Part shown: in pieces, positions 1 to 10,528 of the stretch
Layout of the letters: every line of letters begins with the position of its first letter
Position numbering within the stretch: position 1 is the stretch's first letter
Translations under genes and position numbers: made by a program
Notes under the pieces: model-generated
What the model was told of the DNA's origin: nothing
Database searches by the model: none
The model's input: only the letters and a program-made list of their open reading frames with translations
Source: Phycisphaerae bacterium
GTDB taxonomy: Bacteria > Planctomycetota > Phycisphaerae > UBA1845
Direction of reading: 5' to 3'
Length of the DNA: 64,000 nucleotides
NCBI GenBank assembly: GCA_963666835.2
Contig: CAXXGO010000006.1
Coordinates: 512,001 to 576,000 of the forward strand

Positions 1-195
1 TCGGTTGGCACGGGCGTTAAGTTCGGCCTCTCCGGCGTCTTGACGGCCGCCGGGGACATCGTCTACGTGATCGAAGGCACAACCACATTGACCGCCGGAT
101 ACTCCGTGGACGCGACGGCCGGTCAACAGGGCATTACGTTCACCAACGCGCCGAACACCGCACGAAATTACACCGTCGTCTTCCGAGCCCGCTAA
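1..195 (+). CDS. 3' end of a gene entering the window (beta-rich, probably secreted protein)
   Basis: Frame 1 is open from base 1 (SVGTGVKFGLSG...NYTVVFRAR) to TAA at 193-195. Confidence 0.6.
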   Translation, partial: SVGTGVKFGLSGVLTAAGDIVYVIEGTTTLTAGYSVDATAGQQGITFTNAPNTARNYTVVFRAR

Positions 196-279
196 TCCGA
201 GCCGCACCCGCGGCGGGTGACATGGGCCAACTTGCTGGCCCGTGAGGTGGCATGATGATGTCATGTTCTCGCGTAATGT

Positions 280-457
280 GCCGGGTGCCATGGTCCACGC
301 TTGCGTGGCCATGGAGGTTTGCTGATTTCGTAGGGCACGGTCGAGGTACGAGACCTGCCGGGTGCCATGGTCCACGCTTGCGCCGCCATGGAGGTTTGCT
401 AATTTCGTAGGGCACGGTCGAGGTACGAGACCTGCCGCAACGGCGCATGACGCGCGA
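280..457. repeat. REP-like mosaic: two tandem 77-bp units of palindrome A (GCCGGGTGCCATGGTCCACGCTTGCGTGGCCATG) plus GTAG-led element B (GTAGGGCAYGGTCGAGGYACGAGACCTGCCG)
   Basis: The same A and B motifs recur at about 6591, 9278, 9565, 12094, 21409 and 61133. Confidence 0.85.
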
Positions 458-471
458 ACCGAACGGCTTTC

Positions 472-583
472 TTCAACCCGCTTCGGGGTTGGGGTGGGAG
501 AGGGCTTGTGACCCAGGGTGGCACTGAAGCGGCTACGCCGCTTCGTTTACCCTGGGCTTTGTTGTGAAACGCCTTCGGCGTAA
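472..583. repeat. REP-like palindromic element (ACCCAGGGT...ACCCTGGGCTTTGTTGTGAAACGCCTTCGGCGT)
   Basis: Nested inverted repeats; a related partial copy lies at about 12177-12223. Confidence 0.55.
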
Positions 584-748
584 GTGCGGAGCGCGCGTCG
601 CGCGAAGGTCTGCTGTCCGCAAGGGATCTGCCACTGGGGGGTGTGCTACTGCTTTCGATCAGTGCAGAATTGCCGTTAACGCATGACACCCGAGTGGTGC
701 CAGCCGTAGGGGATGGTCGAGGCCCGATACCTGGCGAAACGCCCGTAG

Positions 749-2014
749 CTACGACTTCTGCCAGAATACGGCGATGCGGTCGATCTTCTGAATCTCGTCG
801 GTGATTCCGCGCGCCTGGCGATACTCCTCTACCGCCCGCTTGCAGTCCGGGTAGGCGTTATAGTCATCGATAATGCAAAAACCGCCCGCAGACAGCTTGG
901 GATAGAGCAGCGTGAGAGCGTCCCGGGTACTCTCGTACGTATCGCCGTCCAGCCGAATGACCGCCGCTTCCTTCAACGGCGCCGTCGGAAGCGTGTCCGC
1001 AAAGAAACCCTGGAGAAAGACGACCTGGTCATCAAGAAGACCATAACGGGCGAAACACGATTTGACTTCATCCAGACTGGTTCCGCCTTCCGTCAGAATA
1101 CCCGCCGGGTTCCGCAAATGCCACATGACAAAGTCGACCAGGTCGTCACTGGGATCCTCGCACACCGGGAAACTGCTCTGCTCGGAGAGAAGTCGCTGCA
1201 ACAAATGGAAGCACTTCCGCCGCCACCAGCGGCTTGGAACCGAACCGATCCCCTGCATGAACGGCACAACGAGCCAATGCGGCTTGGCCGGGGCGATCGG
1301 AGTGAATGTATCGCACGCGTAAACACATCGATCGGCAATCCCGTGGGCCTTCAGCACCGCGCGCATGAAGATGGCCGCCCCTCCGCGAAAGACCCCGGCC
1401 TCCACCAGATCGCCGGGGACCCCGTCGCGGATCACGCTCTCAATGCAGAACTGCACATTCTCGAGCCGGCGGATACCGATCATCGTGTGCGAATACGTCG
1501 GCGCGTCCTCGCCCATAACCCGCCGGCTGAGATCGAACCTGCGAGCTAGGATCGGCTTCCGCTTATCATCATAGAAGATCAGCGGCTTATCCTGATAGAG
1601 AATGTTCGCAACGGCCCGCTTCATGAGATCGAGATACAGCTCCGGGGCGGTCCCGTCGGCCGCCACCGGACCGAGCCCGTGGGCCTCATATTCGCCGGCC
1701 CCGATCGCCGGTGCGCAAGATCGCGCCGCATACGCCAGACCCGCTCCGTGCCGAAACGCAATGCGCAGGCACAGCCACAACATTACGACCACAAGACCGA
1801 TGCCTACCAGGATCATCCCCCAACCCGGCAGCCCCCCGGCCTCGGCCCAGCCGCCCTTACTACAGAGGAGAAACAATAGTGACACAGTACCGGCACCAAA
1901 GAGCGCAAGCCACACCACGACGACCCGGCGGCTCGGCTCATTGAAAGAAGCCGGGTCGCCTCGAGATTCCGCAGCCCGGGCGCTAAGATCGTTGTTCATT
2001 GCTACATCCGACAT
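749..2014 (-). CDS. TylF/MycF/NovP-family O-methyltransferase with two N-terminal transmembrane helices
   Basis: Motifs GDLVEAGVFRGG, GFFADTL, IRLDGDTYEST and GGFCIIDDY; two hydrophobic stretches at the N-terminus. Start is ATG 2014 or 1999. Confidence 0.85.
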   Translation of the reverse strand: MSDVAMNNDLSARAAESRGDPASFNEPSRRVVVVWLALFGAGTVSLLFLLCSKGGWAEAGGLPGWGMILVGIGLVVVMLWLCLRIAFRHGAGLAYAARSCAPAIGAGEYEAHGLGPVAADGTAPELYLDLMKRAVANILYQDKPLIFYDDKRKPILARRFDLSRRVMGEDAPTYSHTMIGIRRLENVQFCIESVIRDGVPGDLVEAGVFRGGAAIFMRAVLKAHGIADRCVYACDTFTPIAPAKPHWLVVPFMQGIGSVPSRWWRRKCFHLLQRLLSEQSSFPVCEDPSDDLVDFVMWHLRNPAGILTEGGTSLDEVKSCFARYGLLDDQVVFLQGFFADTLPTAPLKEAAVIRLDGDTYESTRDALTLLYPKLSAGGFCIIDDYNAYPDCKRAVEEYRQARGITDEIQKIDRIAVFWQKS

Positions 2015-2031
2015 TTGGCAGCACTCGATTG

Positions 2032-5000
2032 TCAAGAATCCGTTTCCGGCCCGCGAAACAGCCGCACCGCGTCCTGAACGATACAGTACACCGCGGGCAC
2101 GATAAACAGCGTGACGATCGTCGCAAAAGTCAGCCCCCAAACGAAGCTGGAGGCGAAAGGCGACCAGATTCGGCTTTTGCCTCCCAACCCCACCGCCAGC
2201 GGAAGCAGACCGAAGACCGTCGTAATCGTAGTCAGCAGTACGGGCCGGAGCCGCTGGCAGCAGGCCGCCCGCACCGCCTCAAACAGGTTCTCGTGCTCGG
2301 GCCTTTTGGCGTTGGCGCAGTCCACCAGCAGGATCGAGTCGTTGACGACCACGCCGGACATTCCCACGATGGCAATGAAGGTCATTATCGTGAACGGATA
2401 CCCCCCCACCATCAGTCCGCCGACCACTCCGATGCAGGCGAACGGGGCGGTAGCGATGATCACCAGCGGCTGTAGGTAACTGCGGAACTGGGTGGCCAGC
2501 AGGAAGTAGATCAGGACCAGCGCCACGATATACGCCCGGCGCAGCCCGGAAAACGAGGAGGCCGTCTCCGCGAATTGCCCCCCGTACGTGACCCGCGCCT
2601 GGGGCGTGGTGGCCAGAGTCGGCGCGAACTGGCGGATAAGCTGATCGTTAACCTCCTGGGCCGTAGCCTGGCTGGTGTCGACCTCCGCACTGACGATAAC
2701 CACGCGCTGTCCGTTGTAGTGTGGGATCCCGGCATAGCCCTGCTTAACCTCGACGTCAGCGATCTGACGCACCTGGATGATCTCCCTGCTAATAGAGCGG
2801 ATATCGAGATCCATCAGATCCTCGACCTGCCGGCAGAAGCGCTCGGCCATGCGCAGCCGCACATCCAGATCCTCGCCCGAGTTCGTGTCCTTGAACGTCG
2901 AAACCACCAGGCCGTCGTTGGCCGTCCGCAGCACCGAAGCCAGCGATAGAAAAGTCAGCCCGTGTACCGAAGCGCTGTCCTCGTCAATTGTCAGGTTGAT
3001 CTGCTGCCGGCCGAATTCGAGGTTGTCCTTGATGCCGAAAACTCCGTCCATCTTCGCCAAGGTCGCCTTGTATCGCTCAGCCAGCAGCTTCGAAGTTCTA
3101 AAGTCCGGGCACTCGATCCGGATATATACCGGCTTGCCGACCGGAGGGCCCGAACGGGGAGCCCAGATGCGAAACGAGCGCACACCACTGGCCGGGTTGT
3201 CTGCAAGATATTCGCCGATACGTTCCCGGAGCGTCGTAATCACGGCCGTGGGATCGGCATCGACCTGGCTCGTACGGGCGAGCTGAACGTGCATCTGGGC
3301 CACATTGTTGCGGAGTTTCACGGCGTTCTCGTCCGTGATCATCAGGCCATAGCTGGTAAGCACTCCGGATACCTGGTCGGTAAGGGACAGCACGATCCGT
3401 TCTAGTTCGTGGACGACCTCTCCAGTCTGATCCAGCGATGATTCGTCCGCTGTCTGAACATCCAAGAAGAAGGTGCCCTGATCGGAGGGGAACAACTCGA
3501 CGTCCACCAGGGGTAATGCGGCATACGCCAAGTAAGCCAAAGCGAGCAACGGAATGGGTACAAGATAACGATGGCGGAGCGTCACGGCCAGGCATCGATC
3601 GTACAGGGCCTTGCCCCACGTCAAACCCTCGCCGGACTCCCGCAGGTTCTCCTTGACTTCCTTCCTCACCAAGCCCGCCCGACGGCGATAGCCGAAATCC
3701 AGGTAGTGTACCGGCAGGATCAGCAGGCATTCGAACAACGAGGCCAGCAGCACGACCGCCACGGTCTTGGGGATTATCGCGAAGAACTCGCCCAATACGC
3801 CCGACATGAGCAGCAGCGGCAGGAACGCCGCGACGGTCGTTGCCGACGACGACACCACCGGCCAGAACACCTCGCCGGCCCCCTGGATGATGGCCTGAAG
3901 CAGTCCGCGGGGATCGTCACGGGTGATCCCGCGCTCTTCGACGTGCCGGTAGATGCTCTCGAGCACCACGATTGCGTCATCGACGATCATCCCGGCGCAC
4001 AGCACCAACCCGATAAGCGAGATCGCATTGATCGTAACGTCCAGCGCGTGCATGCAGATCAGTGCGCAGCCGAAGGAAAACGGGATTCCGATGATCGCCA
4101 GCAGAGAGTTACGCAGCCCCAGCGCCACCAGCAGCACGATGAAGACGAGCACGACGCCGCTGATGAGGTTGTTAGTGAGAACGTGCAATCGGCTACTGAT
4201 GATGTCGCTGGCGTCGTTATAGATCTTGAGTTCGACCCCCGGAGGCAGCGAGGCCTCAAAGGCGGGCAGCGCCTCGCGGACCCGTTGGGCGACTATGCGG
4301 GAGTCCGCTTCGTCGCTCTTGGCGATTCCCAGTGCCAGACACTCGTTGAGATCGCAACGCGCAAAGAACGTCTTGCGGGCGAAGCCGGTCTCGATTGACG
4401 CGACGTCGCGCAGGTAGACATGCCCGCCGCTGGGGTTCTTCAGTACGACGATTGAGCCGAGCTCTTCCGGGGATAACACTCCGCCTTGCGCTCGAATGCT
4501 CAACTCGCTTTCGGTCTGCTGAATGGTCCCCGAAGGCAGGTCACGATTGTACTGCTGGAGTATCTCCGCCAGATCGTGCAGAACCAGACCGTGCTTGCGA
4601 ATGGCGTCACGGTCGATCTTGATGTGGATCTCCCGATCGCGGACGAGCATGTCGTCCACCTTGGCGACCCCGGGTATCTCGCGCAGCATCGGCTTCAGGC
4701 GCAAGGCTACGTCGTGCAAAACTTCCTCGCCCACCCCGCCCACGTCGACCACGGATACCCACTGCAGGAAGAACACCTCGGCCATGGACAGTTTGGTGAC
4801 GATCGGTTCTTCCGCATCCTCGGGGAGATCGGCTACTTGATCGACGGCGGCCCGCAGTTCGCGCATCGCCGCGTCGAGCCCGCTGGGCGAGAGGTTCTCT
4901 CTGAACTTCACGCGGATCAGCGACGCGTCCGGCTTGGAATCCGAGACAATCCAGGAAATCCCGCGATTGTCCAGAATCTCATCCTCGATCCGATCGGTAA

Positions 5001-5214
5001 TCAGCCGCTCCACGTCCTCGGCCGACGCCCCCAGCCAGATCGTATCGATGGTCGCCTCTCCCAACGACAAATCGGGGTAGACATCGACCGGCATGGCGTT
5101 GATTACGAGGAACCCGACGACGACTAGCACGATGAAGAGCAGATTCATCGGCACGACATTGTCGAGCGCAAAGGCCGTGATACTTGCCCCGGAACCTTTC
5201 AGTGGGTTACTCAT
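2032..5214 (-). CDS. RND efflux transporter permease (AcrB/AcrD/AcrF family)
   Basis: 1060 aa; GMIVDDAIVVLESI, GVVVNDSILLVD and RLRPVLLTTITT motifs; two TM blocks and two large periplasmic loops. Confidence 0.95.
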   Translation of the reverse strand: MSNPLKGSGASITAFALDNVVPMNLLFIVLVVVGFLVINAMPVDVYPDLSLGEATIDTIWLGASAEDVERLITDRIEDEILDNRGISWIVSDSKPDASLIRVKFRENLSPSGLDAAMRELRAAVDQVADLPEDAEEPIVTKLSMAEVFFLQWVSVVDVGGVGEEVLHDVALRLKPMLREIPGVAKVDDMLVRDREIHIKIDRDAIRKHGLVLHDLAEILQQYNRDLPSGTIQQTESELSIRAQGGVLSPEELGSIVVLKNPSGGHVYLRDVASIETGFARKTFFARCDLNECLALGIAKSDEADSRIVAQRVREALPAFEASLPPGVELKIYNDASDIISSRLHVLTNNLISGVVLVFIVLLVALGLRNSLLAIIGIPFSFGCALICMHALDVTINAISLIGLVLCAGMIVDDAIVVLESIYRHVEERGITRDDPRGLLQAIIQGAGEVFWPVVSSSATTVAAFLPLLLMSGVLGEFFAIIPKTVAVVLLASLFECLLILPVHYLDFGYRRRAGLVRKEVKENLRESGEGLTWGKALYDRCLAVTLRHRYLVPIPLLALAYLAYAALPLVDVELFPSDQGTFFLDVQTADESSLDQTGEVVHELERIVLSLTDQVSGVLTSYGLMITDENAVKLRNNVAQMHVQLARTSQVDADPTAVITTLRERIGEYLADNPASGVRSFRIWAPRSGPPVGKPVYIRIECPDFRTSKLLAERYKATLAKMDGVFGIKDNLEFGRQQINLTIDEDSASVHGLTFLSLASVLRTANDGLVVSTFKDTNSGEDLDVRLRMAERFCRQVEDLMDLDIRSISREIIQVRQIADVEVKQGYAGIPHYNGQRVVIVSAEVDTSQATAQEVNDQLIRQFAPTLATTPQARVTYGGQFAETASSFSGLRRAYIVALVLIYFLLATQFRSYLQPLVIIATAPFACIGVVGGLMVGGYPFTIMTFIAIVGMSGVVVNDSILLVDCANAKRPEHENLFEAVRAACCQRLRPVLLTTITTVFGLLPLAVGLGGKSRIWSPFASSFVWGLTFATIVTLFIVPAVYCIVQDAVRLFRGPETDS

Positions 5215-5223
5215 GGTCGCGGG

Positions 5224-6414
5224 TCAGTCCTCGAGACGAACTTCGGTTTGCTCGGAAAGATGCTGCAATCCCTTGGTCACCACCATGGCACCCTCCTCCA
5301 CGCCGCTGACCACCCGGTAGGACCGCGGGTCCGACAGGACGGGCAGAACGTCTATCGCAACGCGCCGGGCCAGAAAAATCCCGCCGGCCGAGTCTCCGCC
5401 CGGATCACGCGGCTGAACGACGTAGCAGAATGTTTGGCCGAACAGCTCCACCACCGCCTCCCGCGGGATGGCCAGGATGTGGTGAGCGACCGTGTCGACT
5501 CCGGCCCCAGGTGCTCGCGTGATCGTTCCATCCATGAAGAACCCGGGGTGCAGCCGGCGACCCGGGTTGGGCAACTCGATCTCCACGTCGAACTTGCGAC
5601 TCGTAAGCACCGCCTGCGGATGAACGCGCCGAACCACTCCTTCGAAACTCTCCCCAGGCAGCGCTTTCGTGGTGAGAACCGCCGGCTGGCCGACCTCTAT
5701 CCAGACCACGTTACGGTCCTCGACCTCGGCCAACAGCTTCAACCGATCGACTTCGATCACCTCGGCTAACGGGTGCCCCGGCTGGGCGTACTCCCCGCGG
5801 CGCAGGTGAATCCGCGATACCACCCCGTCTATGGGTGACGTAACCGTCGTGCGGTCCAGCATGAGCGCCGCCAGACGAACCGCCGCCTCCGCCTGGTGCT
5901 TGCGCGCCTTGGCGGCGAGATACTTGATCTCGCCCTGCTTTCGCTCGATCAGAGCGGTCTGCTGTTCGTCCAGCCCTTTGAGCCGATCCCAGTTCGTCTT
6001 GGCCAGTTCGCAGTCCTGCTCCGCCTGGTCCAACATAGCCAGGGCCTCGTCGTGTTCGATCGTCCGCACGGCGTCGTCGATTTTGAACATCGCCTTGCCG
6101 CGTTCGAGCTCGTCCGCCACATCCACCCACTGCTCCACGATCTCGCCCGGAACATCCGCCGAAACTGCCAGCGCAACATAAGGGGTGAGGAACCCGTGGA
6201 TGGCGGCTTGATCGAGCAGGACCCGCCGTTCGACCTGCACAACTCGAACCGGAGCCGCAACCTGCGTAGCGCCCCGGGCCGACTTCTCCCGGTCCAACCC
6301 CCTGACGTGTCTCTGGACGAGCACCCCAACCGCGATCAGCAAGGCACTGGCCACCAACACCAGAATAACGAATAAAGGAGAGCCTCTTCTGTCTTTGCTC
6401 ACAGATGCCATCAT
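5224..6414 (-). CDS. RND periplasmic adaptor (membrane fusion protein)
   Basis: N-terminal TM anchor, coiled hairpin, TTVTSPIDGVV motif; directly upstream of the RND permease. Confidence 0.9.
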   Translation of the reverse strand: MMASVSKDRRGSPLFVILVLVASALLIAVGVLVQRHVRGLDREKSARGATQVAAPVRVVQVERRVLLDQAAIHGFLTPYVALAVSADVPGEIVEQWVDVADELERGKAMFKIDDAVRTIEHDEALAMLDQAEQDCELAKTNWDRLKGLDEQQTALIERKQGEIKYLAAKARKHQAEAAVRLAALMLDRTTVTSPIDGVVSRIHLRRGEYAQPGHPLAEVIEVDRLKLLAEVEDRNVVWIEVGQPAVLTTKALPGESFEGVVRRVHPQAVLTSRKFDVEIELPNPGRRLHPGFFMDGTITRAPGAGVDTVAHHILAIPREAVVELFGQTFCYVVQPRDPGGDSAGGIFLARRVAIDVLPVLSDPRSYRVVSGVEEGAMVVTKGLQHLSEQTEVRLED

Positions 6415-6590
6415 CAACTCGTCATCAGGTAAGGTCCGCTTCGCCGACCAGGCGACACATTCAAACACACGCGGTCCGCACAGCGCAATGGTACTAACCT
6501 TGATCGAAAAGGCGAGAGAGCAGGTGGGGTCCGCTCCGCAGACCAGGCGACTCGAGTATCCTACACGGGCTTAGGCAACCGATCATCTGT

Positions 6591-7031
6591 GCCGGGTGGT
6601 CCACGCTTGCGTGGCCGTGAAGATCCGCAGCCCCGTAGGGCATGGTCGAGGCACGAGACCTGCCGCAACGGCGCCTGTCGCGCGACGACTGATTGCGAAA
6701 GAGGACTACCTCTTGCGCTTCCATCCGTCCCCCACCCATTCCGGCGGGGAACCGGCGCGGCTGTCCCGAACCAGCAGACGCCGGAATGGACGGGGCACCC
6801 GCGCCGGAATGGCCGGGGCACCCACGCCGGCGGTGGGCTAAAGAAACCGCACGACAACCTCGTAGGGCATGGTCGAGGCACGAGACCTGCCGCAACGGCG
6901 CATGTCGCGCGAAGACCGACTGCGGAAGAGGACTACCTCTCGGGTGTCCATCCGTCCCCCACCCATTCCGGCGGGGAACCGGCGCGGCCGTTCGAGCCCA
7001 GCAGACGCCGGAATGGACGGGGCACCCGCGC
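6591..7031. repeat. REP-like mosaic: A, then two 227-bp-period units of B plus palindrome D (CCGTCCCCCACCCATTCCGGCG...CGCCGGAATGGACGGGGCACCC)
   Basis: GTAGGGCATGG starts at 6635 and 6862. D arms are inverted repeats and recur at about 21500, 43942 and 46783. Confidence 0.85.
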
Positions 7032-7036
7032 GATAC

Positions 7037-7747
7037 TCAGTTGCTCGCAGATGTATCGGCCGGTTCCGGACGCGGCGCGGCCGTGCGGGGCGCGGGTGCA
7101 ATGGCCGGCTCGCTTGCGCGATGTCCGCCCGGCACGAGAGTCGGCTCCGATCCCGGCGCCGGGCGGCCCATCCCGCGTCGCTCCGTCCTGGTCAGGATCC
7201 GCTCGCCGGCTTCGCGATCGGGCACGGCCGAGAACTCCCCGACCAACAGCACGGCCTTGTTCGAACCCCAGTCGGTCAGCACCGAGTACGCCTGCTGCTT
7301 GGCGGTAATGCGGAACCGTCCGCGGATCACCCGGCTGCCGTAGTCCCACACAGTCGCGATCCCCGAAAGCGAGGCCGCCCGCAGATGCGTGTAGCCGGCA
7401 CTGTATCGCATCCGCAGAGTCCGCCGGCTCACCGGATAATCGCGCGACGTGTCAGCGGGCAGCCCCTCCAAAACCAGCGACAGCAAGTGCTCGCTGCTGT
7501 GCCGCTTCCCCAACAGGGACCGCTTATGCCGGCGCATGGCGATGCACAGCTCATTGCGATCGTTCACCCAATAGTAACACTCGTTCGGTTTGATCTCCTG
7601 CACCAGCGGAGCGGTGGCACTAATCTTGCGCCCGCCCATTTGGATCTTGCTAATCGACGCATGCCCCGTGCAGCCCAACCCCGGCAAGAGCGTTAGCACC
7701 GCCGCGCCGAGCACAAACCGGCACCTCGTCAACCGGGCACACCTCAA
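7037..7747 (-). CDS. Hypothetical lipoprotein
   Basis: Hydrophobic leader ending in lipobox-like LGC; same strand as glyA and the RND genes. Confidence 0.65.
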   Translation of the reverse strand: MRCARLTRCRFVLGAAVLTLLPGLGCTGHASISKIQMGGRKISATAPLVQEIKPNECYYWVNDRNELCIAMRRHKRSLLGKRHSSEHLLSLVLEGLPADTSRDYPVSRRTLRMRYSAGYTHLRAASLSGIATVWDYGSRVIRGRFRITAKQQAYSVLTDWGSNKAVLLVGEFSAVPDREAGERILTRTERRGMGRPAPGSEPTLVPGGHRASEPAIAPAPRTAAPRPEPADTSASN

Positions 7748-7770
7748 GACGAATCCCTCAAACCAAGAAC

Positions 7771-7806
7771 AACCTCCCGCGACCCCTCCTTAGTTAAGGA
7801 GGGGAG
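7771..7806. repeat. Short palindrome CCCCTCCTTAGTTAAGGAGGGG (REP-like or terminator-like hairpin downstream of glyA)
   Basis: Perfect inverted-repeat arms CCCCTCCTTA / TAAGGAGGGG. Confidence 0.5.
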
Positions 7807-7889
7807 GACGAGAAACCTCTACGAGCAAGCGCTATCGGCAACTGCCGGAGAAACGGCTGACGCCCGATCCCTACACTGCCAACGGCCTG

Positions 7890-9155
7890 TCAGCCATACA
7901 ACGGAAACTGATCACATATCGCCTGCACTTCGCCGGACACGCTCTTGATCGTGGCCGGATCGCCCTGAGAGCAGAGTACCCGGTCGATCAGCTCGGCGAT
8001 CTTCGTCATCTCGCCCTCTTTCATACCACGCGTGGTCAGCGCCGGGGTCCCCATCCGCAGACCGCTGGTATGTACCGGCTTACGCTCGTCGAACGGGATC
8101 ATGTTCTTGTTGACCACGATTCCCGTCTCGCCCAGCCACTCTTCGGCCTGCTTGCCGGTCACGTCCGGATACGCCGGCCGCAGATCGAGCAGCATCAGAT
8201 GGTTGTCCGTCCCGCCCGAGACCAACCGGTTACCCTTGGCAACCAACCCCTCGGCCAACGCCTGGGCATTTCTGAGAATCTGTTCCTGGTACGTCTTGAA
8301 CTCGGGTTTGAGAGCTTCGCCGAAGGCGACGGCCTTGGCGGCAATGCAGTGCATCAGCGGCCCGCCCTGGCTGCCGGGGAAGATCCGCGAGTCGATCTTC
8401 TTGGCGTGCTCTTCCTTGCACATGATGATGCCACCGCGCGGCCCGCGCAGAGTCTTGTGCGTGGTCGACGTAACGACCCCGGCCGACGGCACCGGGCTGG
8501 GATGCAGCCCCGTCGCGACCATCCCGGCGATATGGGCGATGTCCGCCATGTGGATCGCCCCGACCTCGTCCGCGATCTCCGAGAACTTGTTGAAGTCGAT
8601 CGTCCGCGGATAGGCCGACGCCCCGGAGATGATCAACTTCGGCTTGTGCTCTTGGGCGAGTTTGCGGATCTCGGCGAAATCGAACTGCTCCGTCTTGGCA
8701 TCCACGCCGTACGAGACGATGTTGTACAGCAGCCCGGTCATATGGACCTTCAGACCGTGCGACAAGTGCCCGCCGTGGGCCAAGCTCAGAGACAGAATCG
8801 TGTCGCCCGGCTGCAACGCATAGAGGTACACGGCCGCGTTGGCCGACGCCCCCGAGTGCGGCTGCACATTGGCGTGGTCACAGGCAAACAGCTTCTTGAC
8901 CCGCTCGCGAGCTAAGTCCTCGACGCCGTCCATGTTCTCGCAGCCGCCGTAATACCGCTTGCCGGGGTAGCCTTCGGCGTACTTGTTGGTGAACACGGAT
9001 CCCAGCGCCTCGAGCACGGCCTGGGATACGTGGTTCTCCGACGCGATCAACTCGATAGTGTTCTGCTGCCGGTCGACCTCCGCCTGCATGATGGGGAAGA
9101 CCTCCGGATCCGCCGCGGCGATCGCCTTGAAGGCAGCCTTGGTTGCAACGCTCAT
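7890..9155 (-). CDS. glyA: Serine hydroxymethyltransferase
   Basis: [30 protein letters not shown] and PLP-lysine motif [12 protein letters not shown]. Confidence 0.98.
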   Translation of the reverse strand: MSVATKAAFKAIAAADPEVFPIMQAEVDRQQNTIELIASENHVSQAVLEALGSVFTNKYAEGYPGKRYYGGCENMDGVEDLARERVKKLFACDHANVQPHSGASANAAVYLYALQPGDTILSLSLAHGGHLSHGLKVHMTGLLYNIVSYGVDAKTEQFDFAEIRKLAQEHKPKLIISGASAYPRTIDFNKFSEIADEVGAIHMADIAHIAGMVATGLHPSPVPSAGVVTSTTHKTLRGPRGGIIMCKEEHAKKIDSRIFPGSQGGPLMHCIAAKAVAFGEALKPEFKTYQEQILRNAQALAEGLVAKGNRLVSGGTDNHLMLLDLRPAYPDVTGKQAEEWLGETGIVVNKNMIPFDERKPVHTSGLRMGTPALTTRGMKEGEMTKIAELIDRVLCSQGDPATIKSVSGEVQAICDQFPLYG

Positions 9156-9274
9156 AACATCACCTCAATTCAGGGTTTAACGGAATACTGCCGATCGGCA
9201 CCACAATATTACCGCCGGCCCGGAAAATCAATCCGGTCGACAGGCCCAAGCCGCGGCCAGCGCGGCCACCCCAC

Positions 9275-9945
9275 GTAGCCGGGTGCCATGGTCCACGCTT
9301 GCGTGGCCATGAAGGTCTGCCGGGTGCCGGGTGCCATGGTCCACGCTTGCGTGGCCATGAAGGTCTGCAATCCCGTAGGGCACGGTCGAGGCACAAGACC
9401 TGCCGCAACGGCGCATGTCGCGCGAAGACCTATCGTCGTTGGGCAACCACGCGGTAAATCGTCCCGGCATTAGGGACGCAGGCATGTAGCCACGGGTGGA
9501 GCTAACCGGAACCGGTGGGCCGCTTCGGCCCCAACGTGTTCCCGTCCCGAAGGGCCGGCGGAGGGCCGGGTGCCATGGTCCACGCTTGCGTGGCCATGAA
9601 GGTCTGCAATCCCGTAGGGCACGGTCGAGGCACGAGACCTGCCGCAACGGCGCATGTCGCGCGAAGACCTATCGTCGTTGGGCAACCACGCGGTAAACCG
9701 TCTCGGCATTAGGGACGCAGGCATGTAGCCACGGGTGGAGCGAAGCGGAACCGGTGGGCCGCTTCGGCCCCAACGTGTTCCCGTCCCGAAGGGCCAGCGG
9801 AGGGCAGCTCTCGGGGCAGGCTGGAAGCCTACGCTGCGGGGCGTCCCGAAGGATGGTTAACGGGATCGCGCGAAGGCGGGCTGCAGGCAGGATGCCCGCG
9901 TTACGCGAAGACCGCGGCAGGTCTCGTACCTCGACCATGCCCTAC
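9275..9945. repeat. REP-like mosaic with an ~239-bp tandem duplication (A-B-C units), closed by an inverted B
   Basis: B starts at 9375 and 9614; C (GTAGCCACGGGTGGAGC...CCCGAAGGGCC) is duplicated; reverse B at 9916-9945. Confidence 0.85.
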
Positions 9946-10204
9946 ACCCGCCGATGCTGCCCTGTGAAGGGTCCACGCAATCAGTACGGCGAGCGTCAGC
10001 GACCCGCCCTTGAGCGATACGCGGCGTCTGGTTGGCGGGCCACCGCGCGCCAACGCGCCGATGCTGCCCAACACCCGGCGGTCCATCTCGTTGCAGGAGG
10101 CGGCAAGACCAGGGTGGATCCCTGGATTCGGCCTCCTGCCGGCTGAAAGCGCGGAGCACCCACGCGTGTTCCGACCAGACTCATCAATATAGGACGAAAA
10201 ATCC

Positions 10205-10234
10205 TTGCATTGGGGTATTCACTTGTGTTAAATT
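10205..10234 (+). promoter_or_regulatory. Putative sigma70 promoter TTGCAT-N18-TAAATT with extended -10 TG
   Basis: Consensus match in an AT-rich patch about 295 bp upstream of the IPTL-CTERM gene. Confidence 0.4.
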
Positions 10235-10528
10235 GAAGCTTGCCGTGGTTGCTTGAGGCTTTTTCATCTGCGGAGCATTGCAGCTTGGCCGCGGGCGAGC
10301 CTGAGCCTACGCGGCTGCGGAGAACTACGCCGGAGCCCCGCATTACCGCCGCGGGGCGCCCGGGCAGCTTGGTGCGACGTCACAACCGGGTCTTCGGGTG
10401 TGCCACTGCTCTTGAGCAGTGCGGGCATGGAACACGGTTCAGATTGAACCCGGGTCTTTGAGCGTTGTAACGCACTAGTCGGCTATGCAGGTCGCGCCGC
10501 GCCGGCGCAGAAACGAAGGAGGGCAGTC

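Noticed and set aside
6494..7343. Short ORF families such as MRRCGRSRASTMPY and MVHACVAMKV (also at about 140-450, 9160-9940, 11890-12490)
   Set aside because: These are translations of REP repeats, not genes.
9156..9275. Riboswitch upstream of glyA (also looked upstream of hppA)
   Set aside because: No recognisable glycine, ZTP or THF aptamer motifs by eye; an Rfam scan would be needed to exclude one.
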